Assembly: GCA_944386135.1 (NCBI GenBank)
Contig: CALWZW010000003.1
Coordinates: 19,128 to 83,127 of the forward strand
From: an uncultured Clostridia bacterium
GTDB lineage: Bacteria; Bacillota; Clostridia; TANB77; CAG-508
DNA: 64,000 nucleotides
Direction: 5' to 3'
A model generated the notes under the pieces. It had not been told where the DNA came from. It was given only the letters and a program-made list of their open reading frames with translations, and made no database searches. Position numbers and translations under genes: made by a program. Shown piece by piece: positions 11,101 through 20,343 of this stretch (position 1 is the stretch's first letter; each line of letters begins with the position of its first letter).

Positions 11101-11829
11101 GCAGGGGCTGTTGCAGATGTTGAAATATTCAAGAACTTAAAAGCAAATGATATTGAAGATTCAATAGACACATTTGCAAAAGCAATAGAGCAAGCACAAA
11201 TAATAATGATACCAGGAGGATTTAGTGCAGGAGATGAGCCAGACGGTTCTGGTAAGTTTATCGCTTCTGTATTTAGAAATCCTAAGCTAAAAGAATTGAT
11301 ACATAAACACCTATACGAAAAAGACGGGTTAATGCTAGGTATATGTAATGGATTCCAAGCTTTAGTAAAACTAGGACTATTACCTTATGGAGATATAATA
11401 GACATGACAGATGAAATGCCAACACTTACATTTAATGATATTGCTAGACACCAATCAAAAATGGTAAGAACAAAGGTAGTTTCAAAATTATCTCCTTGGT
11501 TTAACAAAGTAGAACTTGGACAAGAATTCATTGTACCAATATCTCATGGAGAAGGAAAATTTGTTGCAAGCGAAAAAGTACTAAAAACATTAAGTGATAA
11601 TGGACAAATAGCTACTCAATATGTTGATTTAAGTGGAAATGCAACTTATGATATAGACTACAACCCTAATGGTTCTGTTCTTGCAATAGAAGGAATAACA
11701 AGTAAAGATGGAAGAATACTTGGAAAGATGGGACATGCAGAAAGATGTTATACAGGAGTTACAAAGAACGTACCAGGAGATTATGATATTAAGATTTTTG
11801 AATCTGGAGTTGATTATTTTAGAAACTAA
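8107..11829 (+). CDS. purL: Phosphoribosylformylglycinamidine synthase, single-chain large form
   Basis: 1240-aa product with FGAM synthase motifs (YWSDHCRHTTF, NHPTEIEPFGGAATCLGGAIRD) and a C-terminal glutamine amidotransferase domain (GICNGFQ). RBS ggagg precedes the ATG at 8107. No frame breaks. Confidence 0.95.
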   Translation: MVKRIFVQKKEGYDVEAKGVLADLRENLQISSLEDVIILNRYDVEGISDEVFEKAKNTIFSEPQVDVCYEEEYKKDAKDTMFGVEYLPGQFDQRANSLSECLQIVAGGEKLPAKSAKIYILKGNLSENDIKRIKAYLINPVDSRECSLEKPETLKDEIHEPEDVKVVEGFITMTDENVKEFYEKYGFAMDIEDLKFCQRYFRDEEKRDPTMTEMKMIDTYWSDHCRHTTFMTRLEVIDIKWDLLEKIFEDYKKSREYVYENKKAKDICLMDVATIAVKELKKKGLLKDLDESEEVNACSIKANILVDGKEEEYLIMFKNETHNHPTEIEPFGGAATCLGGAIRDPLSGRVYVYQAMRVTGCGDPRKTVAETLPNKLPQRKLTNEAARGYSSYGNQIGLATGQVAEIYHEGYVAKRMEIGALIGAAPAKNVVRERPIPGDVVILLGGRTGRDGCGGATGSSKAHNSKSLATCGAEVQKGNAPEERKIQRLFRNEEVTKLIKRCNDFGAGGVSVAIGELADGLEINLDKVPKKYEGLDGTELAISESQERMAVVVAKENADKFMSLAEKENLETTVVSKVSENPRVKMYWRGKLIVDISREFLNTNGDVKKSNITVNKPDYQNSYFTKNNENKDIEKTWKETIQDLNCCSQKGLVERFDSSIGAGTVLMPFGGKYQLSPQEGMCARIPTLKGYTNTGTIMTYGYNPEIAMWSPFHGAVYALIESITKYVAIGGDYKKAWLTLQEYFERLRDDATRWGKPFAALLGAYYVQEKLNIAAIGGKDSMSGSYNELDVPPTLCSFCVGTVDTNIVVSSEFKKANSKVVILKAKMDKDFLPDFEDLKENYELVHKLIKDKKAIAVSTVKNGGIADVITKMCIGNKIGFKFESDVDVFKPMYGTFVIELSEDVENEKLEVLGKTIEKEEIQINDIKLNLDELIKLWEEPLEKVFPTKAKEINKICENIVSDKKCTIVATSKFAKPRVFIPVFPGTNCEYDSSKAFEDAGAVADVEIFKNLKANDIEDSIDTFAKAIEQAQIIMIPGGFSAGDEPDGSGKFIASVFRNPKLKELIHKHLYEKDGLMLGICNGFQALVKLGLLPYGDIIDMTDEMPTLTFNDIARHQSKMVRTKVVSKLSPWFNKVELGQEFIVPISHGEGKFVASEKVLKTLSDNGQIATQYVDLSGNATYDIDYNPNGSVLAIEGITSKDGRILGKMGHAERCYTGVTKNVPGDYDIKIFESGVDYFRN

Positions 11830-11830
11830 A

Positions 11831-12034
11831 CAGAGTAAATAATAAAATATATTCAATTAGCTAAAGTTTTAGTTTGACACAATAAATTCTAAGCTCTAAA
11901 AAATGAGCCTCTTTCACTTTGTAAGATTTTGCTTTGCAAAATCTACGTGAACGTTCCTCGTTTTTTAGAGCAAGAATTTTTAGCATCGAAAATTTCACAG
12001 TCGCTAATTTCATATATTTTGATTATTTACTCTG
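11831..12034. repeat. Long imperfect palindromic intergenic element, copy E1
   Basis: Arms cagagtaaataat.../...attatttactctg pair over about 95 nt each. Core ...gagcctctttcac...gtgaacgttcctcg. Begins 2 nt after the purL stop. Confidence 0.8.
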
Positions 12035-12071
12035 TTTCTAATAAATGTATTTGTCAAAAAAGGAGATTATA

Positions 12072-12752
12072 ATGCGAATTAGATATAAGAAATGGGCAAG
12101 ACCAGAGCTTGAAGCTTGTAAATTTTATATAGATAATCCAGAAGAATTAAAAACAAAATGGCAGGAGTTTTTTAAGAAGAAACAGCCAATACATATGGAA
12201 CTTGGCTGCGGTAAAGGCTCATTTATTGCAGAACTTGCATCTTCTAACTTAAATATTAACTATATTGCTGTAGATATGGTAGATGCAATGCTAGGTCTTA
12301 GCAAAAGGAATATAGAAAAGGCTTATATGGAGAAAAAGATAGAGACAGATAATATTATACTTACAAGGCACGATATAGAGAGAATCTTATTATTTATGTC
12401 GAAAGAAGATGAGGTAGAGCGTATATATATAAATTTCTGTAATCCATGGCCAAAACCTAAACATAAAAAGAAAAGATTAACTCATACAAAGCAACTTATG
12501 TTATATAGAGAATTTTTAAAAGATAGTGGGGAAATATATTTTAAAACAGATGATGATGGACTTTTTAATGATAGTTTGAAATATTTTGAAGAAGCTGGAT
12601 TTGATGTGATTAATAAAACTTATGACTTACATGAAGAAAATATATTTGATAACAATATAGAAACAGAGCATGAAAAGATGTACACAGAAGAAGGTAAAAA
12701 GATAAAAGCATTGATTGCAAGAAAAATACCAAATTTTGTACTTGACAGTTAA
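12072..12752 (+). CDS. trmB: tRNA (guanine-N7)-methyltransferase
   Basis: MRIRYKKWARPELE..ELGCGKGSF..FCNPWPK motifs. RBS aggag lies upstream of the ATG at 12072. Confidence 0.85.
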   Translation: MRIRYKKWARPELEACKFYIDNPEELKTKWQEFFKKKQPIHMELGCGKGSFIAELASSNLNINYIAVDMVDAMLGLSKRNIEKAYMEKKIETDNIILTRHDIERILLFMSKEDEVERIYINFCNPWPKPKHKKKRLTHTKQLMLYREFLKDSGEIYFKTDDDGLFNDSLKYFEEAGFDVINKTYDLHEENIFDNNIETEHEKMYTEEGKKIKALIARKIPNFVLDS

Positions 12753-12807
12753 AATATAATAATGTACAATGGAAATAAGTCTAAAAACAAAGGAGAAAAT
12801 TAGAAAT

Positions 12808-12930
12808 ATGAGAAACGCTAGAAACCTAGAGCGAGTACACACACACACACACACAGGTATATATCTTAATAGATTAGGAAATAGAGGTAATATAAGGACA
12901 CATAGGACTTATATGTTTTTTGACATATAA
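12808..12930 (+). CDS. Possible 40-aa basic peptide or leader containing HTHTHT, encoded by the (AC)9 tract
   Basis: RBS aaggag 8 nt upstream. Product MRNARNLERVHTHTHTGIYLNRLGNRGNIRTHRTYMFFDI. Its 3' end sits inside the terminator-like hairpin at 12897-12947. Confidence 0.25.
   Translation: MRNARNLERVHTHTHTGIYLNRLGNRGNIRTHRTYMFFDI
12837..12854. repeat. (AC)9 dinucleotide microsatellite
   Basis: Direct reading of acacacacacacacacac. Unusual in this AT-rich background. Confidence 0.95.
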
Positions 12931-12969
12931 ATTCTATGTGTCTTTTTGTCGTGTGGAAATAAGGCAAAA

Positions 12970-13160
12970 GAAGTAACTAATGATTCAAAATTGTATTCAA
13001 TTTGCTTAAGCTACGCATTTCTTCATAGAAATTGTAATAATTTTCAAAACAAGCCTTTTTCACGGCGAGCGTGAATCTTACTCGTTTTGAAAATTAACAA
13101 TTTCTAATTCGAAATACTTGCAGGCGCAAATTTCATAAATTTTGAATTATTAGTTACTTC
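12970..13160. repeat. Long imperfect palindromic intergenic element, copy E2
   Basis: Arms gaagtaactaatgattcaaaatt.../...aattttgaattattagttacttc. The core aagcctttttcacggcgagcgtgaatcttactcg is related to the E1 core. Confidence 0.8.
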
Positions 13161-13206
13161 CTAAGCTAAACAAATCAAAAAAATAAAAAAGGAGGAAGAT
13201 TAACAA

Positions 13207-15126
13207 ATGAAGTACAAAGTTAAAACAAACAAAAGTGAGAAAGGAATTACGCTAATTGCATTAATTATTACAATAATAGTGCTAGTTATCTTAGCTGCTG
13301 TTACATTAAACTCTATATTTGGAAGTAATATAATAGGCTTAGCAACAAATGGAGCGATAAACTATGCAGAAGAGCAACAAAAAGAGCTAGGAATGTTAAA
13401 TGATGTAAGTGATTTATTAGGAGATATAACAGGAGATACAGATAGACCAATGTCACCAAGTATTACTTTATCAGGAACAAAGGGGAATAATGATATATAT
13501 ACAAGTAATGTAACTGTAACTATTAGCATAAATAAAGGATTAGAGCAAACAGAAACTATAAAATTGCATTACAAAATAAATGGTGGAGAAGAACAAATTA
13601 CAGAAGAAGATGTAAGCTTTGAAGTGATCGAAGAAGGAACAACAACTATTATAGCATGGACAGAAAATGAAAAAGGAAACTTATCAAATAATGCAGAAAC
13701 AAGCTTTACAATAAATAAATCTTTGCCAAGTACTCCAACAATTTCTTTAAATGGAACAGAAGGAGAAAGTGGATATTATATAACAGATGTAGGAGTTACA
13801 ATAAATGCAGGAGATGCAAGTAATGTAGCGAGCATAAAATACAAAGTCGAAGGTGCAAATCCAATAGAAGAAACAGAAGCTACTGGAACAACTGCTAACT
13901 TTGACATAACTGCAGATGGAACAAGCACAATAACAGCTTATATAATAAATAATGCAGGACTCACATCAGAAGAAATAACACAAGAAGTAAATAAAGATGC
14001 AACAGTTCCAAGTACAGCTAGCATAGCATTATCAGGAGAAGCAGGAGAAACGAGCATAGCAGTTACAGCAAATGGAGAAGACGCAACATCAGGTGTTGCA
14101 AGTTATGCATTCCAATATAGTACGACAAATGAAGAAAGCGGATTTACAACAGCATTAGAAGTACAAAACACAACAAATTCATGTACTTATACCTATCAAG
14201 GCTTAGCATCAGATACAACATATTACTTAAGAGTAGTTGTAAAAGATAGAGCAGGAAATACTTTGCCAAGCACAGCAGTACCAGCAACAACAAAGAAAAG
14301 CGGATTGTCTGATACAGAACTTGCAAGTAATGTGGGAAAATATGTAGACTATACTCCAGTAAGTGGAAGCTTTACGTCACAAGGACAATATAATGGAAGT
14401 AGCAATAAAAACTTTTCAACAAGCACAGGAGTAAAGTGGCAAATACTATTTGTAGAAGATAATATATTAACACTAATATCAAATAAAGCTATATACAGTG
14501 AATTTAATTTAGAAGGTCCTGACGGATACAATAATGGTGTATTACTATTAAATAATGCATGTAAGGCAATGTATAGCAATAGTTCATTGGGTGCTGTTGC
14601 AAGAAGTATAAAAATAGAAGATATAGAAAAAATATCAAGTTTCACAGGAAATTCAAATAAAGAATATATTCCTATGTATGGATCATATCCTAATATATTT
14701 GCACTGGAAGAAAGTGGTGCACCAAATGGAACTTATGGTTCATTAGGAAGAAGTGAGCAAGATAGTTATATAACAGGATTGAATAATAATAATATTTCTA
14801 AGGGAAAAAAGACATATTATTCATATGAAATGTCAACATATTATATGAATTCCACATATTTAAATATGTTTAAAAATTCTCAAGAATATTGGCTCGCTTC
14901 GCGTTGTATTGACTATGGTCAGGCATCTATGAATTGGTTCAGTTTTTGTATATTTTATATTAATCAGGGAACAATATTTGCATGGCCATTATATGATTCG
15001 TTCACAGGAAATGACGGTTACGGAATGTCCGTTCGTCCAGTAGTTGAAATCAAGTTAAGCCAAGTTAATGTTGGATTAACAGGTGACGGCTCAAGTAGCA
15101 CTCCATACAGCATAGAGGCAAAATAA
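13207..15126 (+). CDS. Large surface protein with pilin-like N-terminus and Ig/Fn3-like repeats
   Basis: N-terminus KSEKGITLIALIITIIVLVILAAV. Repeated PS(I/T)(T/S)L(S/N)GT.G modules and an Fn3-like segment (YYLRVVVKDRAGN). Intact ORF with RBS aggagg. Confidence 0.6.
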   Translation: MKYKVKTNKSEKGITLIALIITIIVLVILAAVTLNSIFGSNIIGLATNGAINYAEEQQKELGMLNDVSDLLGDITGDTDRPMSPSITLSGTKGNNDIYTSNVTVTISINKGLEQTETIKLHYKINGGEEQITEEDVSFEVIEEGTTTIIAWTENEKGNLSNNAETSFTINKSLPSTPTISLNGTEGESGYYITDVGVTINAGDASNVASIKYKVEGANPIEETEATGTTANFDITADGTSTITAYIINNAGLTSEEITQEVNKDATVPSTASIALSGEAGETSIAVTANGEDATSGVASYAFQYSTTNEESGFTTALEVQNTTNSCTYTYQGLASDTTYYLRVVVKDRAGNTLPSTAVPATTKKSGLSDTELASNVGKYVDYTPVSGSFTSQGQYNGSSNKNFSTSTGVKWQILFVEDNILTLISNKAIYSEFNLEGPDGYNNGVLLLNNACKAMYSNSSLGAVARSIKIEDIEKISSFTGNSNKEYIPMYGSYPNIFALEESGAPNGTYGSLGRSEQDSYITGLNNNNISKGKKTYYSYEMSTYYMNSTYLNMFKNSQEYWLASRCIDYGQASMNWFSFCIFYINQGTIFAWPLYDSFTGNDGYGMSVRPVVEIKLSQVNVGLTGDGSSSTPYSIEAK

Positions 15127-15349
15127 TGCAAACAAATCAAGAAGTCTAGAGCAAAACATATAACCAATAATATAAATACTAAAAGCAGGGAGTTAAATAA
15201 TGAAGCAAACTTTCTGCTTTTTGATATAAAAATCCCAATAGAATTGGAAAGTTTAAACTAAAACAGGAAAAAGGCTTGTCCTTTTTTCTTTTTTTATGTA
15301 TAATGTGTTTTATAAAACTTAATAAAGAGAAAGAAGGAAGAACAAAGAA

Positions 15350-17018
15350 ATGGACAAAAAAACTTTGACAAAATTTCATGTACTTGCAATTATTTGTATA
15401 ATTATTTTTTCAGCAGCACTTGCACCTAAAACTTTGCAAAATGATACATATTATACAATAAGCATAGGAGAACATATAATTGAAAATGGGATAGACGGAC
15501 AAGACCCATTTGCATGGACAGATTTAAAATATACATATCCACACTGGTTATATGATACTTGTATGTACTTAATATACTCAGTTCGGAGGAATGACAGGAA
15601 TATATATATCTACAGTAATATTAAGTTGCATCTTAGGAGTTGCATTATATATAACAAATACCAAAGTAAATAAAAAGCCATTATTTTCATTTGTAATTAC
15701 AATAGGCGTAATGTTTTTAATGCAAGATTTTATAGCAGCTCGTGCTCAACTTGTAACATTTATATTATTTGTCTTGGAAATATTATTAGTAGAATGTTTC
15801 CTAGATACGAAGAAAAAAAGATATGTATTAGGATTAATGCTAATTGCATTGCTAATTGCAAACTTACATGCAGCAGTATTCTATTTCTTCTTTATACTAC
15901 TTATGCCATATATTGCAGAATATCTTGTAATAAAATTAAGAGATTCGCATTTAGTATATAGATTTAAAATATATGATTTAAAATATAAAATAAGTAGTTT
16001 ATCTAAGAAACAAGGTAAAGAAGAAAAACTTGCAAAATTGCAAGAAAAACTAGTTGAAACCGAAGAAAGGTTTATAAGATTTAAAGAAAAATTAGAGAAA
16101 AGAGAAGAAAATCCATACAGAATAAAACTAATAAGAAGAAATGGAGCAAAGTGGCTTATACTAATATGTATATTATGTTTCCTTATGGGACTTTTGACTC
16201 CAATTGGAGATGAACCATATACACATATATTCAAATTAATGTCAGGAACAACAACACAGAATATTTCGGAACATTTGCCATTAACACTTGCAAATCATAT
16301 GGGAGCAATGACAGTTATAGTTATGCTTGTAATTCTTTTAGTATTTACAGACACTAAAGCTTCAATAAAAGATATGTGTATGATAGGAGGATTGCTACTT
16401 TTAACATTTATGAGCAGAAGACAATTTTCTATGCTTGTAACAATAGGTGGAATATCATTTACTGCATTAATTAGTAATTTTGCAGATAAATATGATAAGG
16501 AAGGAATAGACGATTTTACAAAACTAGTAGTTACTTGGAAGGGAAAAGTTATAACTTTACTGCTTATTGTATTATGTTCATATTCACTATATGCTGGAAA
16601 AATAGATGATTCATACATTAATTCAGCCTCATATCCAGTTGAAGCATCAGATTTCATATTAGAAGAAGCAGAAAAAGGTAATTTAGATTTAAACACTATG
16701 AGATTATTTAATGATTATAACTATGGAAGTTATCTCCTATTTAGAGGAATACCAGTATTTATAGACTCACGTGCAGACTTATATTCACCAGAATTTAATG
16801 AAGGATGTAATATATTTAATGACTATTTAAGTATTTCAGGACTTGGAACATATTATGAAGATGGATTTGATAAATATGGAATAACACATATAATTTCATA
16901 CGAGAATTCTAAACTAAGTATGTTATTATCAAAAGACGATAATTATAATAAGATATATGAAGATGACTATTTTGTAATATATGAAAGGTTAAATGTAAAC
17001 GCAGATAATGATGAATAA
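15350..17018 (+). CDS. Polytopic membrane protein, possibly a GT-C type glycosyltransferase; one CGGN +1 step
   Basis: About 12 predicted hydrophobic helices plus a C-terminal soluble domain. ORFs 15350-15673 and 15591-17018 join when the C at 15584 is skipped (YSV-G-GMTGIY). Corrected length is 1668 nt. Confidence 0.5.
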
Positions 17019-17928
17019 TGAATATATAGTAGAAGAAAATCTGTCAGGAACACGAATTGACAAATGCATTGTAGCTTTAGATTGTGACATATCTAGAGCT
17101 ACAGTACAAAGACTAATAGATGAGGAAAACATATTAGTAAATGGCAAAAATGTAAAAGCATCATATAAAGTGAGTACTCGGAGATAGAATATATATAACA
17201 AAACCAGAAGCAAAGGAAATTTCACTTAAAGCTCAAGACATTCCAATAGATATACTTTATGAAGATAATGATATAATTGTTGTAAATAAACCAAAAGGAA
17301 TGGTAGTACACCCAGCAAATGGAAATCCAGATGGTACTTTAGTAAATGCAATAATGAATATTTGCAAAGATAGTCTATCTGGTATAGGAGGAGAAATTAG
17401 ACCTCGGAATTGTGCACAGACTAGATAAAGATACAAGTGGAGTTATAATAGTTGCTAAAAATGATAAAGCACATATAGATATAAGTAATCAAATAAAGAA
17501 TAGAACAGTCAAAAAGACATATATAGCATTAGTTAGAGGAAATGTAAAAGAAGATGAAGCTACAATAGACATGCCAATTGGAAGGTCTGAAAAAGATAGG
17601 AAAAAGATGGCAGTGACAAGAAAACGGAAAAGAAGCTGTAACTCATTTTAAAGTCTTAAAAAGATATGATGGATTTACATTATTAGAGATAAAGATAGAT
17701 ACAGGAAGAACACATCAAATAAGGGTGCATATGGCTGAAATTGGCTATCCAGTAGTTGGAGATATGACATATTCAAATGGCAAAAATCCTTTTAATGTTC
17801 AAGGCCAAATGTTGCATGCTAAAAAAATAGAATTTCTTCATCCAACAACAAAGGAAAAAATGATAATAGAAGCACCTATTCCAGATTATTTTAAAAAAGT
17901 AATAGAAACATTAGACAAAATGATTTAA
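17008..17928 (+). CDS. rluD: 23S rRNA pseudouridine synthase, RluA/RluD family; three CGGN +1 steps
   Basis: S4 domain followed by the catalytic motif [14 protein letters not shown] and THQIRVH. Extra C at 17179, 17405 and 17625. Corrected length is 918 nt. Confidence 0.85.
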
Positions 17929-17978
17929 AAGAATAATTGTGCTAATTTATGCCTTGAGAAAGGAATGATATTAAATAT

Positions 17979-18708
17979 ATGAAAGAAGTAAGACTTCAAA
18001 AATATCTTGCGTCATCTGGGATAGCATCGAGGAGGAAATGTGAAGAATATATATTAGAAGGGCTTGTAAAAGTAAATGGAGAAATAGTTAGAACTTTAGG
18101 AACCAAAATAGATCCTGAGAAAGATATAGTGTGCTTTAGAGATGAAAAGGTAAAAAAGGCAGATGAAAAGCATGTATATATACTCTTAAATAAACCTATT
18201 GGATATGTTACAACAGTAAAAGACCAATTCAAAAGAGATACAGTTTTAGACTTAGTAAAAATTAATAAAAGAATAGTACCAGTTGGAAGGCTTGATATGT
18301 ATACATCAGGAGCGTTAATATTAACGGATGACCGGAGAATTTGTATATAAAGTAACACACCCAAAACATGAAATAACAAAAACATATACAGTAACTCTAA
18401 TTGGCGAAGTTTCAAATGAAGATATAGAAAAATTAAAACATGGAGTTAAAATAGAAGACTATATAAGTAAACCTGCTATTGTTAAGATATTAAAAATTGA
18501 TAAAGATAAGAAAATATCAAGACTAGAAATTACAATACATGAGGGAAAAAATAGAGAAGTTAGAAAAATGTGCGAAGCAATAGGTAAAAAGGTAAAAGCA
18601 CTTCACAGAACAAAAATTGGAAATATATCTGTCAAGTCACTAAAATTAGGAGAGTGGAGATATTTAACTAAAGAAGAAGTGAATAGTATATTACAAAGAA
18701 CTATATAA
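17979..18708 (+). CDS. rRNA pseudouridine synthase, RsuA/RluB family; one CGGN +1 step
   Basis: S4 domain (RLQKYLASSGIASRRKCEEYI), then GRLDMYTSGALILTDD-G-EFVYKVTHP and NREVRKM. Extra C at 18333. Confidence 0.85.
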
Positions 18709-18774
18709 AAAATTTGCAAAAATAGTTCAAAGTGTAGTATAATAAATTTGTACAAAAGATAAAGGAGATATATA

Positions 18775-19265
18775 ATGAAATATAATAAATTTAATATATC
18801 TGATAGTAATTTATGCAAAGGAATGATAGTAAAACGGGAGGGTAAAACAAATAAAGCCTTATGGGGCATTTATAGAAATTGAGAATCGGAATAAGTGGAT
18901 TATTATATATTGAGGATATATCAATATCAAGAATAAAGTCACCTTATGAAAGATTTGAAATAGGACAAGATATAAACGTAATGGTAAAGGATATAGATGA
19001 AGAAAAAAATCGAATATCATTTACATATAAAGAATTACTTGGAACTTGGGAAGATAATATAAAAGAGTTTGAACAAGGAACAATAGTAAAAGGAATTGCA
19101 AGAGAAACGGAAAAATCTAAAAATGGTATATTTATAGAATTAAAACCTAATTTAGTTGGACTTGCGGAATATAAAGAGAATATATCATATGGTCAAAATG
19201 TAAATGTATATATAAAGAAAATCATTCCAGAGAAGAAAAAAGTAAAGCTTCTAATATATGAATAA
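18775..19265 (+). CDS. S1 RNA-binding domain protein; two CGGN +1 steps
   Basis: GMIVK-G-RVKQIKPYGAFIEIEN-G-ISGLLYIEDIS is a canonical S1 fold signature. Extra C at 18835 and 18887. Corrected length is 489 nt. Confidence 0.8.
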
Positions 19266-19277
19266 GGAGGAATAAAA

Positions 19278-20216
19278 ATGGTTGAGGATAATCAAATTGA
19301 AGCAGAAAAATCACCATTTGCACTAAGAAAAGGTGAAATAAAAACATTTGATGGAAAAGATGGATATGTTTCTATGAACCAGATAGTCCATAAGATAAAT
19401 CTAGGACATATTAATGATTTACACTTTGCAATACTTGAACTTGTAAATGAGTTTGAGTTTATAACATCAAGACAATTGTGTCAATTATTAGAGTATAGGG
19501 GTATAGAGTATAAATCACAAGATAAATTGAATAATAAACTAGAACAACTTGTAAAATCAAAAATATTAACAAGATATTATTTTACATCAGAAGATGGAAA
19601 AGGAATATATAGAATTTATTGTCTAGAGAAAATGGGAAAATATCTTCTTACATCAAGAGGAATAGAATGCAAATGGCAACAATCAGATAATACAAAGCCA
19701 GTTGCAATGATAAAGAAAAGACTTGCAGGAAATCAAATAATAATTGCATACATGAAAAAAGTAAAAGCATTTACTGGGTATGTTGTAAAACCTACTTTAA
19801 ATGCAAAGACTATTGGAAAAGTATTTAAGGCAACAGGTGGAGCAGTAAAACTTACGAAAAATTCTAAGTCAATAGTATTTTTATTTGAGGTTATAAGAAG
19901 AGAGGAAGAATGGCAAAAAAAATTAGTAGACAAAATGAAGATGTACAAAGATTTCTATGAAAACTTTGTATCAATGGATTCTGGGTATATTACACCTCCT
20001 CAACTAATAATTGTATGTGAAGATGAGAGACATACAGCAGAATGCTTTAAAGAAATTGTATCAAACAGATTAGAGATATCTAATATGAATTTATATTTTA
20101 CAACAGATTTAAGACAAATAGAAGAAAATCTTACAAAGAGTTTATTAGAATTTAAGCTTGATGAGCAAACAAATAAATACAAGGTAGAAAACGTAGAACT
20201 TAAGTTATTGGAGTAA
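19278..20216 (+). CDS. Replication-relaxation family-like protein
   Basis: The wHTH-like N-terminal region (HFAILELVNEFEFITSRQLCQLL) and overall layout resemble plasmid/ICE replication-relaxation proteins. Assigned from memory of the family, not from a search. Confidence 0.45.
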   Translation: MVEDNQIEAEKSPFALRKGEIKTFDGKDGYVSMNQIVHKINLGHINDLHFAILELVNEFEFITSRQLCQLLEYRGIEYKSQDKLNNKLEQLVKSKILTRYYFTSEDGKGIYRIYCLEKMGKYLLTSRGIECKWQQSDNTKPVAMIKKRLAGNQIIIAYMKKVKAFTGYVVKPTLNAKTIGKVFKATGGAVKLTKNSKSIVFLFEVIRREEEWQKKLVDKMKMYKDFYENFVSMDSGYITPPQLIIVCEDERHTAECFKEIVSNRLEISNMNLYFTTDLRQIEENLTKSLLEFKLDEQTNKYKVENVELKLLE

Positions 20217-20343
20217 TAGTTAATATTCATAAAAGTGAGCCCAAAAAGGCTTGCTTTTTTAATAAAATTATGTCATAATATATATGTGAAATTATAATAA
20301 ATATTGATTATTGAAAATATATGCAGTATATAAACAGTAGAAA

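Noticed and set aside
8216-11856. Numerous antisense or overlapping ORFs within purL and other long genes (for example 9327-9938, 10629-11171, 14349-14645, 15881-16234, 35026-35412 and 59192-59563)
   Set aside because: They are shadow ORFs opposite well-supported conserved genes, with low-complexity S/F/L/I-rich translations typical of antisense AT-rich coding DNA.
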